Both the position numbers and the translations under genes were made by a program. A DNA stretch of 64,000 bases from Azolla caroliniana (Eukaryota > Plantae > Polypodiophyta): NCBI GenBank assembly GCA_043228905.1, contig JBHGNT010000020.1, forward strand, positions 12,772,001 through 12,836,000, written 5' to 3'. Within the stretch, counting starts at the first letter, position 1, and every line of letters starts with the position of its first letter. Below are positions 25,691 through 39,500 of the stretch, one piece after another. A model generated the notes under the pieces. That model did not search any database. It saw nothing but the letters and a program-made list of their open reading frames with translations, and had not been told where the DNA came from.

Positions 25691-28341
25691 CACATACTAG
25701 CGAGGTTAACTCTATGGCCTCTTGTTATACACACGCTCTTCAAAACTTCCGAAGGTTTGCTCAACAAGTGGAAAAGACCTCCTCGTTCTTGCTTAGCAAA
25801 CCCATCTCCCGAGCTTTGCAAAGAAGGGTACCTAATTGAAGAAAACTAGAATTGAAATATCTCAAACATAAACCAATTTGACTACATATTTATATTTATT
25901 ATACTTGGGGAGAAAAACACCAAAACTTCCAACCAAGGGCATTTGGGGAGATAACGGAAATTCTAGAAGGGCATCCCGGGAAATATGAAATAATCGAGAA
26001 CTCGGAAGTTTCTCGCCTTATAGATCAAACGAACAGTGACAACTTGGGTCTCGAATATGAGGCGAGAAACCTCTCAATAATATATCACTTACCGTGTTGC
26101 CTCTCCATTTGCATCTCTCTCCATGCCAGAGAATGAGAATAAGTTCTGAAAACAAGATGCAATTTGAAGGATTGAGATTGTGATAACAGATGAATCATGC
26201 AAAAAGATCAGCTTTTTCTTTATTATATCAGGATTCATAACATCCCTACCGTCGAGATCGATACGAGAATTAACAACCAAGTGGTGAAAGACCATCATCT
26301 TCACTATGATGAATCCTTTGGTGCTCTAAAACAAATGAATGGAATTTACAAATAACAAGAGGGGAGGTACCCCTCCTTGTGACTGCAGTGTTTGTATATA
26401 TATATACATACAAGAGTGGCTCTAGGTTTACAATGTGCTGAAAGTTCCTAGGTATGTCAAGCAAACCAGTAGATAAGACCTAATTAATGGCATGTAAGCA
26501 ATCGAAATGACATTGAATTGACAAATGCAAGGAATGCAGCAAAATAAACCAACAAACTTAACAAGATATGGAGACTTCACCTTGAAGATTGAGGAAAATA
26601 AAGGCTGCCGTCTTCGTTGTTGTCCCTGCTCTTCCATTTTATCTCTTCTTCTAGCATTTCCCTTGATGTCTCGCGAATGTTGACCTATTTCTTGCAATAA
26701 TTTCAAGTCTCTATTCTCTTTCCTCAAAGAATCCATGACTTGTTCCATGGTTACCCTTTCTTCTTCAAGTGCCTTGAGTCTTTCCTTAAGTTGATATATA
26801 TTATTAACTCCATCATCAACAATATTGTAGCATTTGATCTGTGAGCATTTCGCTGAATCGATTGCTGCAGAACTATAATCTATGAGTGGGCGATTTTTGT
26901 GGGGTAATAGGATTGCTTCCAGTTCTTCCTCTTCAAATCCTTTATCCGTTGTAATTTGTACTAGGCCATTACCATCCTTTTCCCTCCTCATGATCAATCG
27001 ATCTTCTTCAACATTCGAATTAGACTGGTGATCAACAAATGAGGTCAAGTTAGATGCTCCATTCTGAATTTCATATACATCGTGGACACCTTCGCTAACA
27101 TTCTCTTCCGCACGATCAAAACCTTTGGCACCAATATCCATACTATAATATCCTCCAATATAACTATACATATACTCATTGCTTGGGTCACGATTAGTTT
27201 CTTCATCAATTGAAGGACATGATGACCGATGTTGTTCCATTACATTCTTTTCCACATCCTTATTTATCATCACCCTCTCATTATAATTAGAATAGGGTGG
27301 TGAGCAATTTGACAAATCTTGTGGATGTAATCCAAGTTGGTATAGCTTCCCATTGAAAGAATGGTTTTGCAATAACTCTTCTTCTTCTTCACAACTTGAT
27401 GAATTGGTGGTCCATCTTATTAATGGATCAATATCATTACAGCATTGATCCCTTTCAGAGTTCATCCAATTAAGGATTATCTGCTCATGATCGAGAGCTT
27501 GATTGTGTTGTTGCCAATAGTGAACAAATCTCTCCTCAAGTTGTTTCAGACGATCTAAAATCATCGATACAGTAGAATTACTCGGCTCAATCTCCTTTGC
27601 ACCATTTTGCATTAAACCATGAGAATCCACATACTTTTCATGTGATTTCTGTCCTAACTTCTCCATAAGAAGACGAAGAAGAAGAAGAAGAAGAAGCTCA
27701 TTTCCCCTTCTTATGCTATCTTCCTCATTCCCTTCCATGAGCAACATTTCTACTAGTTCTCTGCTTCCCTCGATCTTCTCTGCAGATCCATCGCAATATT
27801 CCGACATCATCATGAAGTGCGAGATTCTTCGATACAATGCCTCGATATGTTCCCGCAAGCCTCTGGATTCCTCTTCTTTCTCGAGAAGCACATGTTTCAG
27901 GAGATCCATAGCTTCCCGTGCGTGTGTTTCTCTCTCTTCGGCATCACATCGGCACCGCCAAGCTTCCATTAGAGCTGTCGCTTTCTCTTCCTGGAGCCGT
28001 GAGATCATCGCCATCGCTTCGATTGCAGCGGTCGAGGATGCCGCCCTCTCTTCTGCGAGCATGGTCTCAAAGTAGAGCCTGTGAGGGCTTTCTTCTTGCA
28101 CAGACAAGTTATGAGCTCTGTCAGGAGGAAGGTTCTCTTCACACCCTGGTAATGTCTGAGCTTGTTTGTGAAGTTCTTCTTCTTGCTCTGATCGACAGGC
28201 TTCTTCCCAATCTCTCCTTGCAACTCCTTCTCTCTTATACTTTCTTCTTCTTCTTCTTTCTTCTTCTTCCTCTTCTCCTCCTCCTTCATGAGCAGAAACA
28301 TCATCATAATTATTGCTCATATGCTTTATCCCATCCTCCAT
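25663..28341 (-). CDS. DUF593 / zein-binding (GTD-binding) coiled-coil protein, myosin-binding MyoB-like, 3 exons, about 660 aa
   Basis: Exon 1 28341-26581 contains LAEERAASSTAAIEAMAMISRLQEEKATALMEAW..., a DUF593 signature, and a second coiled coil LKERLKALEEER. Exon 2 26145-26093 (NLFSFSG...) and exon 3 25831-25663 (RYP...GGLFHLLSKP...CITR...LHP*) are in phase with GT-AG sites. The 3' exons are inferred. Confidence 0.82.
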
Positions 28342-31300
28342 CCTCCTCCTTCAGACGACTCTGTGTTCTTTATTTCCATGGAGATAATGCTCTCGACATT
28401 ATTAATCTGTGAGAAAAAGACAAAAAAAGAAGAAGGAAAACATCCTCTATGTCATCCATCACTCATAACATGAAATCTTTGAAAAAAGGCGAGGAAATTT
28501 TTAACAGAGGATAATTCAAGAAGAGGGTTTCTTTATAAAATGAAGAAGAGGCAGCATCAGAGCAGGTCCTGATGAATAAATAAAATAGAATAAAATTAAA
28601 TTCAAATACCCCAAATGCGTTATACTGGAATTTTATTAATAAAACCAGATTGTGTAACGGAGAAGACTAATGTTAAGCAGAGGATTAGAATGCAGAGAAA
28701 GAGAATGAAAAAGAAGATGATAATGCATTGATCGGAAGCAAAGAAAATGTGGACCAAAATAATTTAAAACAAATTAATTAGCCGACAAAATCCAAAATAC
28801 AAAAGATTTAGGTCAGCAGAGAAAACAAACAAGATCGCCCAAACAATATTTTATACCTGTGGAAAATTTAACCAATGGAATTATGGGTTTGCTTTGACAT
28901 GATTCTTTCAATACTGAGCCAGAAAAAAAGAATGAAGGAAATAAGTAATGGTATATAAGTATGTCATAGGTCAGATAAGGTTCTGGCTATTGAAAAGCTC
29001 GGAAATGAGAAAGCAAGGAATGAATCGAATAAAGAAAGTGTCGCAGAGAAGAATTTCGAAGAATAAGCAGAGTGTGTGTGTTCTCGAACCGTTTTTTGTT
29101 TTGTTTTATACGAACCAACAAAAATGAGAGACAGAGGAATTATGAAGAGGAAGGAGAAGGCGCCTCTTTGGAGATGAAATGAAAGGCTTCTTATTTATTC
29201 ATCTTCTTTTATACACACAAAACTTACATATATACATATCTCTTATTATTTATACATATACATACATATACATATACATATGTACATATATATGTATTAT
29301 GTATACATATATAAACCCCTCTCTCTTCTTCACACATAGATAGATGTCTTACTACTACTATCATTAGCCCTACTTTATCCTCACCCAATGAGACGACGAC
29401 AACAAACAAACAAACAAGAGCATCTCGATTGGTGGTCTCTCCGAATTGTTGGCGCAGATTGTCCACCCTCTGTCTCCATCTATGTCTCTGTCTCTGTCTA
29501 TGTTTATGTCCATGTCCATGTCTTTGTCTATGTCTATATGTAGATTCATTCTCACTCACAACTACTGCTGGTGGCGACGTTACCATCATCATCATTGTTA
29601 TTGTTTACCTTCTTCTTGTGTTCGTCATTTGCCAGTTCTCTCGAGACTTGACCCACCAAACCACTCTGCCCTATCTCTCCTTTAATATATACTTGTAAGC
29701 ACCCTTGTCTAGCCATCGAAAAGTATATCAATCATCTACCTTGTTGGTTGATAGATTCTATCGACGCCAATGTATCTATATTTCTTGTCTTTATCACCCA
29801 TGGAAAATCATTATCATTGCTTGTTTCTTCATTTTTGTATCCCATAATTGGCTTCAATTGTTGGCATCCTTGATGTGAATATTTAAGGTTGTAAGAGACT
29901 TCAATTGTTTTGCTCATACACAAACCTTTTGTGTATTTTCGCAATATGTGACATGTTACATGAAGTTGAAGAAGGTCTTTACACCTTCGATTTACAAAGC
30001 ATTTTCTGAATATGCCACATGTACATGAAATTGAAGGTCGTTACATTTTTATGATGTTTCACATTCAATCGGCTACCTCATCCAGCTTGATATTCCACAT
30101 GTTGCTAGATGTTGGCAAGGCTAAGCCATGCATGCCACATCACAACATTGCTCCTTGAAACTTCGCCCAATCATATATGATTTCAAGTCTCGACAAGAGG
30201 GTCATAACTATCTTCAATAGTGCAACCTCACTAACCTGATTGTACATTGACACCCATGTAACATGTCATCATTGGTACATTAGTTGGATTTGGATTTGAG
30301 CATTTTCCTATAGTAATATTAGAACAAGTGTTTACTTTGAAATGGTGATCATATCTTATGCTATGCATCAAATGCTACATATATTTCCCATGTGTGAAGC
30401 TATGAATTCTTTGTGCAAGTTGCTTGCTTAACATGTAAGCGAAACTTCTATTCTATCAATTTGAATTGAAACATAGGGGTGACTGGAATGAATGTTAAGA
30501 CTCAAGCTAACTTATTTGCTAGCATAGCAAATGCTACTACCTAGACTAAACAAATTGATCATATTTATGTTAATAATAATGTGCATGCCAATGATATTGA
30601 ACATATAATGAGCAATGACAATATAAACTTTGATTCTTTATATCTAATTGCATATGATCATGCTCTTGCATGATAGGGTTCTAGGTTGATTAATAAACAT
30701 AATCTTAGGCAAAAATACAAACAAAACTTGTACATTTGCAAGATCTTTTTAAGGGTGGAATTTGTGAGACTTAGTTGTGTTGCATAAACCATTAAGTGTT
30801 GAAGAGAATGCATGCTATACATAATAGTCTTTCCATTTGCACATGAAAAGTCACTAGAGTGACCATTTTCTACAACTTAACTACCATAGGTTAACTTAGA
30901 GAAAATGAGATTTTTATTCAACATTAACATCCACAACATGGTTAGGTTGGGCTTAAATATATGCACATAAATTTCGTTTTGTTCTCAAACAACGTTAGTG
31001 CTCCTATAATGGCCACTTTCTCAACCATAGAAACCCTTTCTATTCAACGATACCTTTAGTCTTCACAGTCACAACATTTGGTATAAAGAGCACCATACAA
31101 CTACGTTGATGTTGATTATTGTCCATGTGGTTTCCATTCTCAAACCCATGAAACATGGTCATGTGTCTAACAAGGGAGAAGAAAGGTCTAACTAGCCTTT
31201 ATCCTCATGAACAAGAATGTGATCACCAAATTCCTTGTTTTTGTTGCTCATTTAGGATGTACTACCAATTGTTAAGGAGTTGTACTCTTGTTAGCATTAC

Positions 31301-33511
31301 TTCCATATGAGTAGGTCATGCAATATTTATGAAGTTCCCTAAAAACTTATCATTTTTTTGTCATTGGCTAAACTTATTTGGCTTTTTCAATTGCCTAGTT
31401 AATGTTCTGTTACTTTTAAATAAACAAGTCAAAATCATGTTGTTCCATTGAAAAACATGTTTTCTACCAACATTAAAGAGCTCATCATCGTTGTGGACCC
31501 TAGAACAATAATTCCTAAATTACGTATCAAATCTTGTTCTATTAGTAAAAGAATTGTGTGTATTGCATCAACATGTATGTGACAACAATCCATTTGAATG
31601 TGTGATCTATGACTCCATTCTGATCGTAAAGTTCATGCATGCCACATCTGCAAACTGTCCTCCAAGGAAAGATTCCTTATCATCAACCTATTTCTCGCAT
31701 GTGCATGTATACTTCCATAAAGGAAACATCAACCTATTTCTCGCATGTATTGCATCGACAAATAGGTGCAAATCATGTTTGTAATCGTAAATATTCATGA
31801 AGTTAATTTCAAATCCATATGTATAGTGCAAGTTCAATGTGTGAGTCAAATTGATCATGCCGGTGTTGGTGTTTTAAAATGCATACTATGTTAGTTTGAT
31901 ATTGGGTGTACACGGTTGGGTTTGAACACCTTGATGTTCTTTTTGTAGAATGGGTGAGGCCAGGTTTCATTTGACATTTGGTATTATGCTTGATGAGTCA
32001 AGATCACCCCCTCTTGCAAATTAAATAAGTTTGTTTATCTAAGGTGACTCTAATCCTCTTCCATTGGCAAAAACCCATCACAAGGCCTCAAAAACTTGAC
32101 ATATTATGATGTGTATGCATAGTACAATATTGTGATTTGCATATAATGGCTTGATTGTATGCATAGGGTGTAAACAAGATACAATTTACACAACAAAGGC
32201 ACGCACAACACATAAAATATAAAATAATGATCATGTTTATATGACATGAATCATGACGCAAAAGTAAGAAAAGTTTTCGTCACTAAGAGGGGGATACATT
32301 TTTATGTTAACAAACACTTAATTCTAACTCTAATACTTCTATGAGTTTCCACCCTTATCATGTATGAATCACGCACACAATCCTTATACAAGGATGTTCA
32401 AGAATAATTAAAACTTAAGGAAGTGCCATAGCACTAAACCGTGAAGCCATTTAAAGCATTTAATTCATTAAGCTTTTTAAATTGTGGCTAAAAACTAAAC
32501 CAAAATGTTAACTTGTTAAGCTCTTAAGCCAGGTTTTATGCGATTTGATTTGGCTCAAACTGAACCTTTCCCCGATTGCTAAAGCTCACCTAACAATAGC
32601 TTCCCAAAGTAAAAGATAAGCACAGTACATGAGAAAACACATGTCTATTACTCATAAAACCATTTAAGGTTCCATAGCCAAACCACTAACACCACAAGAC
32701 AAAACTTGTAATCTTGCATAATAAGCTTTAGTCAATCAATGTAACACCACCACCTGCACTATATGACACATACCTTGCCAAGCACAAAAAAGGTATCATA
32801 CCCTCCAAGAATATACCCACTTTAAAATAGTTTCTACAGAGCTTTGTGAAACACGTGTCCATAGCTTGCCAATATTCACCATAGTACCTTTTTATAATTC
32901 AATACATTTTACAATATTTGACACTTACACTAATCCTCATGATATTTTTTAAAGGTTATAACCATTGACACCTATATGACATTCAATTTAATTTGCCCCC
33001 ATTCTTTCAATTATGCAAGAAACAACTTATAATATAATAATATGCAATTATATTCTTTGCCGGCACTTCAGTTGAGCGTGCACAATGTGGTCATATATCA
33101 CACATGCACAACAACTCCCGTAGAAAATATTTGAGGTTCAATATTCCCAACTTATTGAACAAATTCATAGTTCCAAACAAGATGGATATTTCTCAAATGA
33201 GGTATCAAAGCAACTTGCTCGAGGAGAATCATAAGAATCCAATGATGTTATAAGGTATTACAACTTTCTCAATTTGGGATACCATGATGGTACAACAATT
33301 AGCATGTACAAGACATCAAAGAGGGATTGCTTCTCAATTGAGAGCACTAGGGTGTTACAGCAATCAAGCTTGTACAAAATGCGTAAGAATAAGAATTAAA
33401 TATAAGAATGGCAATGATCAAACCTTTCTCTATTGACAGTACCAAAAATAAGCTTGGAGGACATTTTTGTTGCAAACATTAGGTTGTATAAGAAATGCCC
33501 TTCTCCTTACG

Positions 33512-36500
33512 TCAATTTAGAGCATCTCTCAAATTTTGAGATCTATCATTGGCAATACAGTACTCCTTTAGAATTTGTGGAGTTGATGTACGAGCAGAAT
33601 CTGAGGCTAGAACCATCAAGAGATTTTCATCGAGCTCAAATCTCATGTACTGGCTGCTACAAGCTGAAAAACATGTTGAAAACAGCAACTTAACAAGGGC
33701 TAGTATGAGTGATATTTTATCAAATAAACAATTTGGATTTAGATCTTACAAAATAACTAACTTGGACGAGTATTTTAAACACAACTAATAAGCATCACCT
33801 TATAAAACAGCCAACTTGGTTGAGTACTTTCTCAAACATCAAATTAGGACGAGGTCTAATGTATGACAACTACTTTCAATGGGTATCTTATAGAAATAGC
33901 TAAGTTTGATGAAATGTTATAAAACAAAAAATAGCTAGCTTGGATGGATGCAATAAAACAAATAACAGGGATGAGTTTTTAGAAAACTAATTTGGGTGTC
34001 ATATTATAAGAAAACCAACCCCGATGAGATATTATAAAATAACTAATTTGGATGAGGAATATGGAGCAAGATATCAGAATATAAACGGATCTGCATACAT
34101 ACAATCTACCAGTTGAGCCAAATGCTTCACATTTTGAATCTTCACACCATTGAAGCTCAAAACCTGTGGCAAGAAATATACATACTCTATTACATTATTC
34201 GTTAGGACTATTTGCAATAAATAAACATATTCTCTTTAGACAATAGAGCCTTTACCTGTAGGTGGCTTACATCTTCATAGCCAATATTTACAGCATGTGC
34301 AAGCACCTGGTGAAACAGGTGTTTCAGACTAAAAATGTTGGAGAAAGGATGATACAAGCCACTTCACATACCTGTGAGAGTAGAACAATCTCTTGCCCTT
34401 CAAAATCCGCCATATTAAACCTTGCGGATGCACGGATTCTTGCCTGGTTGTGAGCAAACAATTGAACTCAAGTGATTACCTATATGCTATAAACACGTAG
34501 CCTAAAGCAAAAATATGTATATCATGTAAAAGTATGGTACGCATAAAAAAACTCATTTTTAACAGTAGTATTATTAAAGTCAGAAACTACAATGGACTGG
34601 AATGGCAAAACCTATAAAGAGTTACAAAAGTTCATGATATCTTTTCACTATAGCCCTCAAAGAAAAGAGCAAGTATAGCAAAAATGTAAATTGTCTTGAA
34701 ACTAGAATCTAATCAAAGTAGCATGACTGGTTTTGAGATATAAATAATGCCTATAAAGCACAGAATATGCAATGTAAATGCAATACCTAGCATCCATGCA
34801 ATCAAATAGGCAAAAGAACTTGTTCAATCAAAGTGGACAACAATCTTGCTTCGTCTAAAGTGACATAAATCATAACTTAAGAGTCAAAAGAGGTCTTGGC
34901 AATAATTTACTAAAGATGTAAGACCACTTTTCCTACATAGATGGATTCATTGTTCAGTCCAGAAAAGTACAAAAGATTATAGTAGTTTAAAAATACATAC
35001 CCCTATATGTAAATTTTCGTCAACATACTCCTGTCTGTAGCACAAACAGTAAAACATAAAACTATTTAACTCTTCTCATAAAAATCAAGGCACTTTATTA
35101 TTTGCTAAAATATAATGGCAGGAATTATAGTACTGTAAGTTACAATATGTTCACAAACTTCTTCATATCTGTTAGACATTGAGATAGATCGATATGCATG
35201 AATACCTCTTGACGAAAGAATTTGCCAATTGTGTCATCATGAAGTGGGAATGTGAAGAACATTATGTTTGTCTCTTATGAAATAAGAGGGAGATATCATT
35301 GCCTCTTTAAGCAAGGCTTTGGCCCATTACACAAGGTAATGGAATATGAGGTCCAACAGTGCTTTGGACTTTTCTTGCTAGAACTCAAGAGACACCATCT
35401 TACATGTACCAATGACAAGATTATTTAGCCACTTTTTATGTTATTTACTTTATTTATTTTGATTTGCTGTTCTCAAAGACAAGAGAAAACTTAAGATGTA
35501 ATTTATTGCTCAGTAATACAGGCCATTTTGGCCTCTTAAAAGATGTTAATGTATCCTTCTTTCTTTCTTTCTTTCTTTTCTCCCCATATACATACATAAA
35601 TATATATAAAGAGGAAGAGAATGAGGCAAAACAAGAAATACACATACAAACACACATACAGACATCAATAACTTAGAGATGTTTGTAATTATTTCAACAA
35701 ATCAAGAAATACACATACAAACTCACATACAGACATCAATAACTTAAGAGATGTTTGTAATTATTTCAGAACTTGGTTATGTACAGTGAGGAGGATTCAT
35801 ACTGTAGCAATGCTTCACTGACAACTGTAAAGACCAACCCAGCAATAATAAAGTAAGATGGTTGTCGACTCCTAATATGAATTGGCATCTGCATATGTCC
35901 AGTGTCCATCATTAAGATGATAAATTCCACAGAAAAACGAAATGGAAATTACTAAATGAATATTGATGTACCAATTGATATGCTGGTTTCAACGTGGTAA
36001 TTAATTTGATTTTATGCCCATCCCGAAGTACACCAAGAGCGGCTTCATCACCCATAAATCTGCACAATTGAACACATAAATTTGTTAGCACGGACAGAGA
36101 ATTTTCAGATTTATTAACCCATGGTAACTTAAAAAATTAGGGAAAGAGTTGAGTGTATAAGCTGAGCTATCAACTGTCTCCATTCAATAAATAAAAAGAA
36201 TTTTATTTCCTGTAATTTAACTTCATCTATGATCTATCGATAAATTGAGAACCAAACTTCAGAATATAAATATAAGACGATACTATAATGCAAGGGAAGG
36301 ACTCCAGGACTGTAACACAGCACTTCCCCACCAGGTGACCAGGGCTTCAATTCAGGAAAATAATTAAGTACTAGCATGTAGAACTTTCACCCTCGTGTAC
36401 TTTTTACCTGGCACATTTTTCTATGCAGATCTTCTATTGAAAACGAAAACTAAATTGATGATTGCCTCAACTCAAGCACCTTGCTGACATGAAATGGGCC

Positions 36501-39500
36501 AGATATGTGTTGATGTAAACATATATTGAATTCAGCATTTGCACAACTTCACATTAAGCCAATAAATGCCATCTAAAATGTACCAGCAAGTGAGCAAAAG
36601 TTCACGTTCAGTCCATTATTGCCAAGAATTAAAGACTCAAGAACATGGTCAAGAATCAAGTTACTTTTGACTGACAAGGAAACTTAATGCAATCCTCTCT
36701 CCTCTTCTCAATGGAACTGTTGCTTCATTTGATATAGGAACTCCATCGAAGCTGAATAACACATCCCCCTTTAATGACATAAACAAGAAAATAGATTTAC
36801 TATAATATTTCAGTTCCTCCAGATACCATAAAATGAAATGTGTTCTTCTAAACCTCTCTCAATATGTTTCTTGATGGTGAAGTTGGGTCGATCTTTCGAA
36901 TTAAAATACCCTGTATATGATTAGATAATCAGACCATAACTTTTTGTTAAACCTCTGAATCTAAAATCAACCAATACATAAATCAGTCTTAAGCTATCAC
37001 ATGGAAATTTGTGAAATTCATACAAGGTTAAGGATAGGGAGAAGGGAGGAAGAAAAGAGTAAAAAGGAGGAAGGTGAGAACTAAGCACAGGTAGGAGTAA
37101 AGAGGTGAGAAGAAGCATGCCCTTGATTCAACCCTTGAGGAAAAAATGATATATGCTAGTCCTATGGTTCTTACAACAGATGTAATATATTAGTGTGACA
37201 TTTCCTCCAGTGAACCATTTTATGTGAGAAGCTTCTGATGACTTTATCCATATCTTTTCCCAAAGAAATAATCCTCTCATATTTAGCACCACGTTTGATA
37301 CAATATCTGATAGATGTTGAAAAGGCAAGAAAATGAAGATAGAAAATTTACAGATACTTGTAATATGCATATCTATTGGATTCGTATTTGCATGTGTACT
37401 TATGTCATAAGTTCCAATGCACCTCTATGTCAAGTTTACTATTTAGTATACAAGTGTTCAGCTTTGTGCTACACTTCGTGGTGGAATTTCTCTCATCTCC
37501 GATTCCCATGTAGCAAAGAAGTATTGAATTTCATAGCTATAGAGCAGTCTATTCCTGTTATATATAATATTACAGACTCTAAACACTAAACACTATAGAG
37601 TACTCAACTAAACCAAAACTACCTAGGAATCAGGATGGGTTAGTTTTTTGAATGAATAAGTGAACAACAGATGCAAAGAGCTTTAGAGAGTACTAAGAAC
37701 GAACAGCGAACAACAGGATGGAAGAATATAGTAAAAGAACTTTAGACAGTACACAGCTTCATCTTTACCTTTGGCTCATAAGTAATAACATTCACAGTTA
37801 CAAATTCAAGATGTATGATGACTAGAAAAATTGTAGATGCAGAATATGTATAATATGCAAGTCTGAAAGTTACATATCATCTTAATAGTTCAGATGGTAT
37901 ACCATATGATATCCCAAGAAGCATCTCACTCAGAATTACCATCCTCTTCTCAAATGCTGGCATGTGATAACCAGGGCTTATACCCATTGACCAATGCAAA
38001 TAAAAATAGTCCTAATATAAAAATATAGAACAAATCAATCAAAATAGGTAAAACTAACCTTTTGCTTGGAAGACATTTTTAAGGATGCTCTCAAGTGAGG
38101 GTTTTCTAGCTTCTGAAAGATAATACCCAGCGATGGAAATCCTGTAACAATTTGCAATTGGTTAAATAAGCTGCATGGGATATTATGGACGTTAAATATT
38201 GTACAGCAGTTTGCATAAGCTTGCATATACAATTTGAATGCTGCGGATGTTCATTAAATAATACATGTTTAAAAAATGTCGATCCAACCTGTGTATTTCC
38301 CATGCATATTGTAATCTCTCAGGAAATGGTGAATAATTGGGGTTGGGATGATATATCCAATATTTTCTGCAGAAGAATTCACCTGCCATATCCATTTCAG
38401 GTAAGAACAAATGAAAAACCAACTCTTGATCGAAACAGTGACACTTACTTGGAATGCAATACCGACACAATCTCCATCATCGTCGAATGCAGGACCACCA
38501 CTATTTCCTAAATAGAACATGACAGAATGAGTACTTTGTTGGTTTATTTGAGTTAAATTCCTAGATACCCATAAGAAGAGGTTTGTTTCCTCAAGGGAAA
38601 TAGCTGAAAGAATTCTCAAGAGGTGCAATCCATCACATTTCAGAAATACATAATGCTAATCTCATTTATGAGTGATAGGTTCCTTAATCACCAGAAGACA
38701 TTGTTAATGAAATCAGTTTTTTTGTCTTAGAAAACTCTATTAACTGCTCTACAAATCAGTTTCACAATATTTGGAAGTACGGATTGAAAAAATACATACT
38801 CTAGTGGGAACCAAATAAAAGGCAACTGTAATTAGAAACATATACATGCGGCATGGCATACACAGGATCGACACGGTTGCATATGAAATCCAAATGTCTA
38901 CACTTAGTTCTAATTACTCCTAACTACACTTAGAATCAAGATCAATGGGGCCAGGACAACGTCTACTCTATGGTTGGTTGGATGAGTAGGAGAGGGTGTC
39001 AAAGCACTTCCACGTTTAACCCTAATACCTTAATTTGCACACAAGCAATTAACTTAACCTATCACACTTAACCACGTAACAATTACTTATTAAAGCACTT
39101 AACATTATAGCAAGGAAAGACACGAGAAAGAACAACAATGCAAACAAATAGAATTAAGGAAGCTTGTCAAGATTTACAACTGGCCCAAGCACATAACATG
39201 AGAGCTAAGTTTTGGCCCTTAGATTGGGTTACAACTAATGAGAAGATAAGGGAGAATTAAGCTCTAGCTCAAGTTCTCTAAAAGTGAAGAGGAAACTTAA
39301 AACACTGATAAAAGTATCTTTTATAGTTTTACAATGTTTGGGCCGTTTCACATTATCACATTAGCTTCTCTTCCTTTACCTCTTTTCCTAGAGCCATACT
39401 TATTCCTTCTCTTTTGACCAATGTCCTGGTGAATAGAAATAGTTAACATCCCTCAGGTTTATTGACAGCACATGCTTGGGTGCAGTGGTCTACAGGTAGG

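Noticed and set aside
18614-29698. Short low-complexity ORFs (SLSLSL, ILILIL, CLCLCL, RHRQR) at about 18.6, 23.4 and 29.4 kb
   Set aside because: They are translations of microsatellites.
29700-32300. Possible hAT transposase remnant (DNDFPWVI on minus)
   Set aside because: A single weak motif, with no TIR, TSD or continuous frame.
36300-37995. SINE-like remnants (GGTGACCAGGGCTTCAATTC at about 36333; GATAACCAGGGCTTATACCC at about 37966)
   Set aside because: Too short and degenerate, with no clear A box, tail or TSD.
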